Shown here: piece after piece, positions 1-8,339 of the stretch
How positions within the stretch are numbered: the first letter of the stretch is position 1
Layout of the letters: each line of letters opens with the position of its first letter
Assembly (NCBI GenBank): GCA_017519405.1
Contig: JAFWSH010000006.1
Location: forward strand, 9,284-73,283
DNA length: 64,000 bases
Direction of reading: 5' to 3'
Origin: Clostridia bacterium
GTDB lineage: Bacteria > Bacillota > Clostridia > Christensenellales > Aristaeellaceae
Notes under the pieces: generated by a model
Database searches by the model: none
What the model was told of the DNA's origin: nothing
Seen by the model: the letters and a program-made list of their open reading frames with translations, nothing else
Position numbers and translations under genes: made by a program

Positions 1-1
1 C

Positions 2-2386
2 GAGGGAGAGACTGCGAAACTCAGCGCAGTTTTCACGCCTGCCGATACTGATAATAAAACTGTGACATGGACCAGCACGAATCCTTCTGTTGCTATGGTT
101 GACAGCAATGGCACAGTGACAGCTGTCGGTAATGGTCAGGCAGAGATCGTCTGCATACCTGCTGACACGTACCTGAGCAGTATGGTTTGCACAGTGTATG
201 TGGAAGACTATCTTGCCATTGAGACGGGAGAAAGCCAGGCCAGTCTCTATAAGCAGGGAAATCAGACCAATGAGGTATTCACCGCAAACCTTACGGAAGG
301 CACAATCAAGCGGCTGAACATCGCGGGCACTGATCCGGCTTGGGAACTGACCAGGGTAAGCGGAGACCATAGTGAAGTCATATCCACTGTTTCTGCGGAC
401 GGAGATGCTGTGACGATCACCTCTGCAGCGTTGCTCTCTGGGGGTGCAGATCAATATAGACTGACTTGCACCGCCGGGGACTACGCCAAGGCATTTGACT
501 TCAGCCTCAATGTCGTTGACCTTGCAAATACGGCAGAAACCATCAGCGCGGCTCAGACGCAAGTGCATTTGGCGGTTGGTGAAACAGCAGTCATTGATTT
601 CACGCCTGTAAGTTCTCCTGCAGGAACACAGATGCCTCAGGATGATCATATGTGGAGCCTCTACGCAGGTGTAGGCCAGGATTTCCATGATGCTATGGAC
701 TATAGCGTGTATGCCGAAAACGGCGACCATGTCACGGTTCGCTTTACCAAGGCAGGACACTATCTGCTCTCGCGTCAGTTCTTCCTCAGCAACCTGCACT
801 ATGAACAAACATGTGAAATCGTTGTCGGAGAACAGACCGAAAGTGGCCTTAATCTTCTGAAGCCAAGCACAACTGACGCGCTTGTGTACATGGGTGGTAC
901 TGCCGGAACCGTTGCGTCGATCACTTTCAGTGATTCAATCATGACCGACGTGTTTGCCGAGCGGATTGAATGGTCTCTGGATCACGTGTCTGGCGACAGC
1001 ACAGACGCGGTTGTGAAAGAAACGGGCAACGGCGCGGAGCTCGTTACCGTAGCCACTTATCATACTGGAGAAGATGTGTGGCGTGTCACTTGCACTTATG
1101 GCGAGTATTCGGAAAGTGTCGACATCAGAATCAGTGTGAGAGAAGCCAGGAGCGAAATCCCTGAAACCGTTACTCTGAGTATCAATCATTTGGACGGCAT
1201 GATGGGTAACTGGCTTTCCATGCCGATTGCAGTGGCATGCATGCCTTCTGGATCTGCACTTCCGGAGACCGGTGATGACTTCTGGTCCTTCCATCCGATC
1301 GGTATGGCAGCGGATGTGTGCGAATGGGAGATTGAGGACGGTGTCTTGCGTGCAAGATTCCTGTGGCCCGGCTACTACACCGGTACTCTTCAGTATGAAG
1401 CGGGAAATTTCAAATACGCCATGCCGGTGTATTCCGCCATCACCGACGAGGAAGGGATCCTCAATGCGCCGGCGCTTGAACTCCACCTGCTGAATATGCC
1501 CGGAACCGTTTATACAAACGGCCAGACCAATGTGGTGATTGGCTCTGTGGAGCTCAGCCACGGCATTGGTTCCTATTACGCCGGTGAGGCTTCCGCTTAT
1601 ATGGAATCACACGAGGGAAGCTGGAATATAAGCGTGGTTTCCGGCAGTGCCGCAACACTGGCTATTGAGGAAAACGGTAACAATAGCGCTTCCATTGTAC
1701 TTGCTGCCGCGAATGGCACCGGAGCCGTCATTTACTCTGTGACATGCACTGTTGATGGCAGCACGTATACCAAGGAAGGCTCGTTTATGGTCCTGGATGG
1801 TACGGCTCAGCCTGATCCAACACTGAAGCACAGTGTCTATCACGCAGTTACCGGCGATACAATCACGATTCCTACGATTGTGTATGAACGCAGTTCCGGC
1901 GCAATTCTGCAGAGCACAACCAAATGGGTTCCTGATTCGGTGCTTCCTGCCATTGGGTATGAATACACTGAGAGAAACGATTGCCTGCAGATGGTGTTCT
2001 ATAGAGAGGGCACATTTACTACATCCCTCACAGTGGTCATTGGCAACCTGAGCTACAGTATTCCGTTCACAATCGTGGTCAGCAATACGCCTGTCACTTA
2101 CAGGAATGTGATGAAGCTACCGGCGGCCTTGATGACGATTGACGACTATGCGTTTGAAGGGGTAAACGCTGAGGTTGTCGATCTTCGCGGCACAAGGATC
2201 ACAAGTATTGGTGCCGGAGCGTTCAGCCATTGTACAGATCTGGCGGTTGTCTACATTCCCGCAACCGTAACAAGCATTGCTTCCGATGCCTTCTACGGTT
2301 GCCTGAATGTAACGATTGTGTGCGAGAAGAATTCCAAGGCAGATACATTTGCTCAGCAGCACAACATACCGGTCGAATATGAATAA
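2..2386 (+). CDS. Cell-surface protein, 5-prime end outside window: Big_2 Ig-like region plus C-terminal BspA-type leucine-rich repeats
   Basis: Frame is open from base 2 (GETAKLSAVFTPADTDNKTVTWTSTNPSVAMVDSNGTVTAVGNGQAEIV, Big_2-like), so the ATG at 62 is internal. C-terminus IDDYAFEGVNAEVVDLRGTRITSIGAGAFSHCTDLAVVYIPATVTSIASDAFYGC is LRR_5/BspA-type. Stop at 2384-2386. Confidence 0.8.
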   Translation, partial: EGETAKLSAVFTPADTDNKTVTWTSTNPSVAMVDSNGTVTAVGNGQAEIVCIPADTYLSSMVCTVYVEDYLAIETGESQASLYKQGNQTNEVFTANLTEGTIKRLNIAGTDPAWELTRVSGDHSEVISTVSADGDAVTITSAALLSGGADQYRLTCTAGDYAKAFDFSLNVVDLANTAETISAAQTQVHLAVGETAVIDFTPVSSPAGTQMPQDDHMWSLYAGVGQDFHDAMDYSVYAENGDHVTVRFTKAGHYLLSRQFFLSNLHYEQTCEIVVGEQTESGLNLLKPSTTDALVYMGGTAGTVASITFSDSIMTDVFAERIEWSLDHVSGDSTDAVVKETGNGAELVTVATYHTGEDVWRVTCTYGEYSESVDIRISVREARSEIPETVTLSINHLDGMMGNWLSMPIAVACMPSGSALPETGDDFWSFHPIGMAADVCEWEIEDGVLRARFLWPGYYTGTLQYEAGNFKYAMPVYSAITDEEGILNAPALELHLLNMPGTVYTNGQTNVVIGSVELSHGIGSYYAGEASAYMESHEGSWNISVVSGSAATLAIEENGNNSASIVLAAANGTGAVIYSVTCTVDGSTYTKEGSFMVLDGTAQPDPTLKHSVYHAVTGDTITIPTIVYERSSGAILQSTTKWVPDSVLPAIGYEYTERNDCLQMVFYREGTFTTSLTVVIGNLSYSIPFTIVVSNTPVTYRNVMKLPAALMTIDDYAFEGVNAEVVDLRGTRITSIGAGAFSHCTDLAVVYIPATVTSIASDAFYGCLNVTIVCEKNSKADTFAQQHNIPVEYE

Positions 2387-2404
2387 TCAAAAGGAGTGAT
2401 CATC

Positions 2405-5400
2405 ATGAAGCGCATTCTCTCTTTAGTGTTGGCATTGTCGCTGATCTTGTCAGTAACTCCGATGACTCCATTCGCCGCAGTCGCTGCAGCTGAGCAGGTT
2501 TTCGCACTGCCGTCTGGATTACAGGAGGTCGAAGAACAGGCGTTTGCTGGGAATACCAGCATTACAACACTTGTGATTCCAAATGGCGTGACATCCATCG
2601 GCAGTGAAGCGTTTGAGGGCTGCACAGGCCTGACAGATGTTTCTATTGCCAGCATGAATGTCGTCATTGCCAATGACGCTTTCAAAAACTGCAGCGGAGA
2701 CATTGTGTTCTATGCGCACAATGGATCCACTGCCATGCTGTGGGCTATGGCGCATGGGTACAAGTGTATCTCCCTGGACGATGATTCTGATCATCTTGCC
2801 AGATTCTCTGCGATGATTGCGCATAGTGGCTTTAATCCGAGCTTGTTGATGAGCGATACGTTCGCTTCAGGGTGTTTGATTGTCAGAACGCCAAGTGGTA
2901 TGGATCGGCTCCCGGATATATCGGCATATAATCCAATTGACATATTCAGAAGTGATGATCACCTCTATTACATTCAGTTTAGTACAGATGGGCATGATGC
3001 AGAGGATTGTTTTGGCTATCTCAATGGCAACTCCGGAATCAGAGTTGAACCGGATCGCGTGGGTGCCAGCGATGATGTCTCTGCCCAAGGCGTAACCATC
3101 GCTGAAAACTGGGGAACCAATGATACGATGGGCTTTGATGTTTATGCGCCTTTCGTAGCCCAGCACAGATCTGGCAATGTGACCATTGCTGTCATCGACA
3201 GCGGCGTCAGCGAGAGCGCGTGGGGAGGGCAAAAGTCTCCGCATGCCATCAGCTTTGTAGGCGGCAGTGCCTCTTCTGACTCAGCGAGGCACGGCAGCAA
3301 GGTTGCTTCGATCATCAGTGATTGCCTTGGTTCGAACAAAAGCAGTGTCACACTTCTTCCTATCAAGGTCGTCAACAGCAGCTCCATGTACCGCACGAGC
3401 GTGATCATTGAGGGCATTAAGCACGCATATACGCATGGCGCGAACATCATCAACATGAGTCTTGGCTGGGATGTGAGCGAGGGAACCAGTCCTGAGATTG
3501 AGCATCAGCTTAGCGTTGCCAGCGGCAAGGGTATTCTGATCGTTGCCGCAGCTGGCAACGGTAGTGGCAATGTCATGTATCCTGCAAGCTGCGGTGGTGT
3601 GCTGGCTGTTTCGGCTCTTGCCTACAGTACCGAGTCCGGTTATAGTGTTCGTTCCAGAACTGGCAGTGCCATTGACTACACAGCGCCTGGTATGCATTTG
3701 ACTACTTCAGCTTATGATCCTGTTGATGCAGCAGGTGATATTATTGGCACCGCATCCACGTCTTTTGCGGCTCCTCAGATTACCGCCGCGTTGGCACTGA
3801 TTTCGCTTGATTCTAAGCACGGCGGAAGTCCGACTACCTGGCTGAATAAGTGCTGTATCGCTCCCGAGGGCGTTTCAAGCAGCGCATATGGACACGGTCT
3901 ACCTCAATTGGAAAAACTCATAAATATTGACACGGTAGATATAGAACTCTATAACATCGACGGTGGAGAAATTCCCAGCCGGCTTTGGCTTGGAGATAAA
4001 GGCAATGACTTTATGCTGGGCTGGAATATCATCCCAGAAGACGCAACAAATCAAACAGTAACTGTCACCAGCAATAAGCCCTCCGTTGTTTCCGTGCGCA
4101 AATATGGTAACCTCTATGCACTGATCACAGCGAAGGGAACAGGTGAAGCAGTGGTGTCTGTTTCCAATGGCGAGATCACAAAAGAGATCAGCATCGTTGT
4201 TGAAAAGCCGGTTACCGAAGTTTTGATCACAGGTACTGACGGGACAATGATTGTTGGTAAAGAACTTGATCTGGCAGTTTCTGTTCTGGCAGAAAATGCA
4301 ACCAACCGGGCTGTTCAGTGGAGATCGTCTGACGAGAACGTTGTTTCTGTATCTGAAACAGGGCATTTGATTGCTCTCGCTGCCGGCAAGGTGACGATCA
4401 CTTGTGAAGCACTTGACGGTTTTGGAACAAAAGGGCAGGTTGAGATCACTGTTATTGAGGTCCCCGACGCAACAGATATTTCGCTGACCGCTGAGGAAAA
4501 GGACATTTCTGGCGGTCGGGTAACGCTTGCAGTCGGCGAGACACTGACACTCATTCCGGAGATTCTGCCCGAGGAAGCTCCTCAAGAGTGCAGATACAGC
4601 TTCTTCCCCAAGGGAATCGTCACCGTGACTGATGAAGGCGTTGTGGAAGCTGTTTCACCGGGAACGGCAACGATTGTAGCTACTGCGACAACTGGTCAAA
4701 ACGTTTATACAGGCTTAAGCGTAACAGTTGTAATTTATCCTGAATCTGTGAGTATTTCGGCTGACAAGACAACACTTAACCCTGAGGAAACAATAGTCCT
4801 TGCTGCTGAAGTGCTTCCTGAAACCGCAACCGATAAGACTGTCACTTGGAGCAGCAGAAACGCTGCTGTCGCAACGGTCAACAGCAAATCTGGCAAGGTC
4901 ACAGCTTTGACTCCCGGCACGGCAGAGATCGTGTGCACGACATCTAATGGGCTGGAAGATACGATCACAATGACGGTCCGGCAGCCCATCACGATTACCT
5001 TTGACGCCGCCGGTGGTAACTGCAGTGAACCCTCAAGGCCTGCATATAGTGAGTATGATATAGGCACCTTGCCGAATGCAACGAGAAACTACTGGACGTT
5101 TGACGGATGGTACACTGCCGCAAGCGGCGGAACAGTCGTAACTGCGACTTCTGCGTTTGCTGAGGATACAACAGTGTATGCTCATTGGACCGGTTTGCCG
5201 TATACTGTCAGCTTCAATACAAACGGTGGTACCTGTTCTATTACAACAATGGATGCCAGAGTCGGCACTAAACTGGGCACACTTCCTGCGGCAGCAAAAG
5301 ATAACTATACTTTTGCGGGCTGGTACACTTCTGCTGATGAAGACGAAGGTACGAAAATCACAGCAGATTACATCCAAAACAACAACAGCAATCTTACGGT

Positions 5401-5935
5401 ATACGCCCACTGGACGGCAAATCCGTATACGATCAAATTCAGTGCCAATGGTGGTGTATGCGATACCGAAGAAATGACAGGCACTGTAGACAAGCCTATT
5501 GGCATCCTGCCACAGGCTGCGCGTGACTACTATATCTTTGACGGCTGGTTTACGACGCTCGATGACAGCGGAACTGAGATTACCGAGTCCTACACTCAGA
5601 GCACTGTTTCTGAAATAACCGTCTATGCGCACTGGATACCGATGACATATGTCATGACGTTCAACGCAAATGGCGGAAGCTGCGACGAGCTTACAAGGAC
5701 GTTTACTGTTGATACTGAAATCGGTGAGCTTCCTGTTCCCACGCGGTCCTATTATAGCTTTACAGGATGGTATACGCATGCTTCTTATCTCTACACGAAG
5801 TCTTATCAGTGGGTCAACACACCCCGGCAGGTTTTTGATGCACGAGTTGAATATCAGAATCGAACCACTGATAGCGTTCAAATCAGGGTATTCTGGAAGA
5901 ATACAATCTTCAGTGGTTACTCAGCATATGCGTAG
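2405..5935 (+). CDS. Secreted multidomain S8 (subtilisin-like) serine peptidase with BspA-type LRRs, Big_2 domains and Listeria-Bacteroides (Flg_new) repeats; ORF ends at an in-frame TAG inside a domain
   Basis: AAGGAG 2391-2396 lies 8 nt before ATG 2405. Signal peptide MKRILSLVLALSLILSVTPMTPFAAVAAA. LRR_5-type repeats (AFAGNTSITTLVIPNGVTSIGSEAFEGCTGLTDV). S8 catalytic motifs AVIDSGV (Asp), HGSKVASII (His), GTSTSFAAPQITAA (Ser). Big_2-like units (e.g. VTSNKPSVVSVRKYGNLYALITAKGTGEAVVSV). Then ~70-aa repeats, each ending VYAHW(T/I). Confidence 0.85.
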   Translation: MKRILSLVLALSLILSVTPMTPFAAVAAAEQVFALPSGLQEVEEQAFAGNTSITTLVIPNGVTSIGSEAFEGCTGLTDVSIASMNVVIANDAFKNCSGDIVFYAHNGSTAMLWAMAHGYKCISLDDDSDHLARFSAMIAHSGFNPSLLMSDTFASGCLIVRTPSGMDRLPDISAYNPIDIFRSDDHLYYIQFSTDGHDAEDCFGYLNGNSGIRVEPDRVGASDDVSAQGVTIAENWGTNDTMGFDVYAPFVAQHRSGNVTIAVIDSGVSESAWGGQKSPHAISFVGGSASSDSARHGSKVASIISDCLGSNKSSVTLLPIKVVNSSSMYRTSVIIEGIKHAYTHGANIINMSLGWDVSEGTSPEIEHQLSVASGKGILIVAAAGNGSGNVMYPASCGGVLAVSALAYSTESGYSVRSRTGSAIDYTAPGMHLTTSAYDPVDAAGDIIGTASTSFAAPQITAALALISLDSKHGGSPTTWLNKCCIAPEGVSSSAYGHGLPQLEKLINIDTVDIELYNIDGGEIPSRLWLGDKGNDFMLGWNIIPEDATNQTVTVTSNKPSVVSVRKYGNLYALITAKGTGEAVVSVSNGEITKEISIVVEKPVTEVLITGTDGTMIVGKELDLAVSVLAENATNRAVQWRSSDENVVSVSETGHLIALAAGKVTITCEALDGFGTKGQVEITVIEVPDATDISLTAEEKDISGGRVTLAVGETLTLIPEILPEEAPQECRYSFFPKGIVTVTDEGVVEAVSPGTATIVATATTGQNVYTGLSVTVVIYPESVSISADKTTLNPEETIVLAAEVLPETATDKTVTWSSRNAAVATVNSKSGKVTALTPGTAEIVCTTSNGLEDTITMTVRQPITITFDAAGGNCSEPSRPAYSEYDIGTLPNATRNYWTFDGWYTAASGGTVVTATSAFAEDTTVYAHWTGLPYTVSFNTNGGTCSITTMDARVGTKLGTLPAAAKDNYTFAGWYTSADEDEGTKITADYIQNNNSNLTVYAHWTANPYTIKFSANGGVCDTEEMTGTVDKPIGILPQAARDYYIFDGWFTTLDDSGTEITESYTQSTVSEITVYAHWIPMTYVMTFNANGGSCDELTRTFTVDTEIGELPVPTRSYYSFTGWYTHASYLYTKSYQWVNTPRQVFDARVEYQNRTTDSVQIRVFWKNTIFSGYSAYA

Positions 5936-5980
5936 AAAGTATCAGGAACCTGTGGAGGTGTCAGTATTCCTTTAACAACG

Positions 5981-8020
5981 GTGGTTCCTTATAATGCTTG
6001 GAGTAATAATAGTAGTGGTATCAGATCTCGAGAAGCTTATTCAAGCTGGATTACTGTTCCGCTTAACGGTGAAGATCAAACAACACTAAGCTTGGAGATT
6101 AAGTATCATCAGTACAACAGTGCAGGAACCGATATGTCGGCGACTTTGGGTAAATATGAAGATACGTGGACCATTGTAATTCCGGCATATCAAGCTACTG
6201 TCGCAGATAATGCTCACATTACTGCTTCCTACCTGCAGGCAACTACTAATGCTATTACAGTGTTCGCTCATTGGACGCCACACGAGTACACCATGTCTTT
6301 TGATCCTAATGAAGGCAACTGCACGACCGAGAGTATCGTTGGCATAGTCGATGCAGAGATTGACACGTTGCCCGAAGCTACCAGGGATTATTACGACTGG
6401 GATGGCTGGTATACTGCGAAAACAGGTGGATCTCGAATTGATGTAGGCTTTGTGCATGATACAGATTCTGATATTACAGCATACGCCCATTGGACGCCAC
6501 ATACATACACTATGACGTTTGATGTAAACATCGAGGACGCATCGTGCGATCTGATGGAAAAGCAGGGTACTGTTGATTCTTCAATTGGGACTTTGCCGAC
6601 ACCCACAAAACAATACTATACCTTTAATGGTTGGTTTACTGACGGAACGGGTGGTACTCGCGTCACCGATGCGTATGTGCAAGGCACAGATCAGCCAATT
6701 TCGGTTTATGCGCAGTGGACACCGGGTACGTACACGATGACGTTTAACAAAAATGGCGGCGCTTGCTCAACAACTAGCAAGACTGGAACAGTTGATGCTG
6801 CAATCGGCATACTGCCTTCTGCAACCAAAGAACTATATTCGTTCAAGGGATGGTTCACCTCTGCTTCAGGTGGAACGAAGATTACAGAGAGTTATGTGCA
6901 GAGCACAACGAGTAATATCACTGTCTATGCACAATGGGACGCCCTGCCATATACCATGGTATTTAATGGGAATGGAAACTCTGCTTTCCCGGTCACTGTT
7001 CCTTCACCGAGTACCAGAACATACTATGCCGATACACCTGTTGGATCATTGCCAACTCCTACCCGCAGCTATCATACCTTTGATGGGTGGTATACTGCAG
7101 CTACTGGAGGAAACAAGATAACAACAACCTACGCGCATCCATCAACTAACCCTATCACTGTTTATGCGCATTGGACTCCATATACCTTCAGTTTGAGCCT
7201 GAATCCTGGCGGAGGGTCTTGCTCTGAAACAGTGAGAACTTGTTCTGTGGGTGTTGCCATAGGTACGCTGCCTACGCCGACCAGAACCGGTTACACTTTT
7301 AAGGGTTGGTACGATGCAGCAAATAACGGTAACAAAGTAGAAGCCACCAAGGTCTACATGACAAACAGTGCCGCAGCAGTTTTTGCACAATGGACAGCGA
7401 ACGAGTATACTTACAGCGTTGTTTACAAATCGGCCAACGGTACGAGTTTGGGATCTTCGTCCGTCACAAAGACATTCGGAACGACAAACACGATTACACC
7501 ACCTGCTTATTCAGGCTACACGACTCCTGCTGCACAGAATGTTACCTGGGATGCAACATCGAAGACTATAACATTTACGTATGGGATTGCGAGTGTTACA
7601 TCTGCAACGACATCGGGAACATTTACCACAAGCCCGCAAATCACATATACAACCGAAACATCATACCGCAACAGAACTGCGACGAGCGTTGAGATTTGTG
7701 TTAAGTGGACCCTTACAATACATGGAAAAGGCAAAACCGTTATGCAAAACGCCATACATTTCTGGGGAACATGTGGTAGTGTATCAATACCTAACACGAA
7801 AATCACTTCCTGGAATGAATGGCAAGGACCGTACGCGGCTGGTGTAAACAAGACAAAATCAGCTACTTCCTCGTGGGTAACCGTTCCCCTTACCACAACT
7901 AATCAAACGACTCTTTCACTGAGTATGGAGTTGTGGCAGTGTAATGCAAACGGAACAAAGCTGACTGGCAATACCCATAAAACCGGACTTCCGTTGACAG
8001 TAAACATCCCAGCGTACTAA
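5981..8020 (+). CDS. Same-frame continuation of the surface peptidase gene: five more Listeria-Bacteroides repeats plus a C-terminal ~125-aa domain; probably the distal part of one gene interrupted by TAG 5933-5935
   Basis: Same reading frame as 2405-5935. Codons 5936-5980 are open (KVSGTCGGVSIPLTT). The GTG at 5981 has no Shine-Dalgarno. Repeats of the type YTMTFN.NGG.C....G.VD..IG.LP..T...Y.F.GW(Y/F)T...GG..I......Q......VYA(H/Q)WT. The C-terminal domain is homologous to the one split by the TAG. Confidence 0.7.
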   Translation: MVPYNAWSNNSSGIRSREAYSSWITVPLNGEDQTTLSLEIKYHQYNSAGTDMSATLGKYEDTWTIVIPAYQATVADNAHITASYLQATTNAITVFAHWTPHEYTMSFDPNEGNCTTESIVGIVDAEIDTLPEATRDYYDWDGWYTAKTGGSRIDVGFVHDTDSDITAYAHWTPHTYTMTFDVNIEDASCDLMEKQGTVDSSIGTLPTPTKQYYTFNGWFTDGTGGTRVTDAYVQGTDQPISVYAQWTPGTYTMTFNKNGGACSTTSKTGTVDAAIGILPSATKELYSFKGWFTSASGGTKITESYVQSTTSNITVYAQWDALPYTMVFNGNGNSAFPVTVPSPSTRTYYADTPVGSLPTPTRSYHTFDGWYTAATGGNKITTTYAHPSTNPITVYAHWTPYTFSLSLNPGGGSCSETVRTCSVGVAIGTLPTPTRTGYTFKGWYDAANNGNKVEATKVYMTNSAAAVFAQWTANEYTYSVVYKSANGTSLGSSSVTKTFGTTNTITPPAYSGYTTPAAQNVTWDATSKTITFTYGIASVTSATTSGTFTTSPQITYTTETSYRNRTATSVEICVKWTLTIHGKGKTVMQNAIHFWGTCGSVSIPNTKITSWNEWQGPYAAGVNKTKSATSSWVTVPLTTTNQTTLSLSMELWQCNANGTKLTGNTHKTGLPLTVNIPAY

Positions 8021-8044
8021 CCTTTACATGCGATGAATGTCAAG

Positions 8045-8080
8045 GCGGAGACAGGAAGAAAGTTTCTTGTCTCCGCTTCC
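8045..8080 (+). terminator. Rho-independent terminator candidate after the surface-protein gene
   Basis: GCGGAGACA (8045-8053) pairs with TGTCTCCGC (8068-8076), 14-nt loop, followed by TTCCTT. Starts 25 nt after stop 8018-8020. Confidence 0.55.
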
Positions 8081-8270
8081 TTGGCAGGATATTGTAAGAG
8101 CTTCGGAAACAACAATTATCCCTAAATCAGACCAAGATTGGCAAGCAATGATTCTGTTATACAGAATGCAAATGCTTGTTGGTTGGCTCCGCCCCCAAGC
8201 CCCTGAAAGCCAGAGCATAGCTCTGTGGTTGTGAAGGCTGCCTGCGTCATCCTCCGTTTGGCTTTCGCCC

Positions 8271-8338
8271 ATAATAGGAAAAAGCCCCTGTGCCTGAGTT
8301 TGGATTGCGCGATCAATCCGGTCAGGTACAGGGGCTTT
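8271..8338 (-). terminator. Rho-independent terminator candidate after the ICE relaxase gene
   Basis: AAAGCCCCTGT (8281-8291) pairs with ACAGGGGCTTT (8328-8338), with inner CCTGA/TCAGG pairing. Read on the minus strand the stem runs into TTTTTCCTATTAT. Begins 2 nt after the relaxase stop. Confidence 0.55.
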
Positions 8339-8339
8339 A

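Noticed and set aside
5933-5935. Interpreting the in-frame TAG as a pyrrolysine codon
   Set aside because: No pylS/pylT/pylBCD genes or PYLIS-like context are visible in this window, and the protein is not a methylamine methyltransferase. Nonsense mutation, error or generic readthrough are more parsimonious. It remains mentioned only as something to exclude.
5000-7400. Regular ~210-225-nt periodicity that could be mistaken for a repeat array or CRISPR-like structure
   Set aside because: The periodicity is protein-level (Listeria-Bacteroides repeats ending VYAHWT) with diverged DNA. There are no short identical direct repeats with unique spacers. No CRISPR array exists anywhere in the window.
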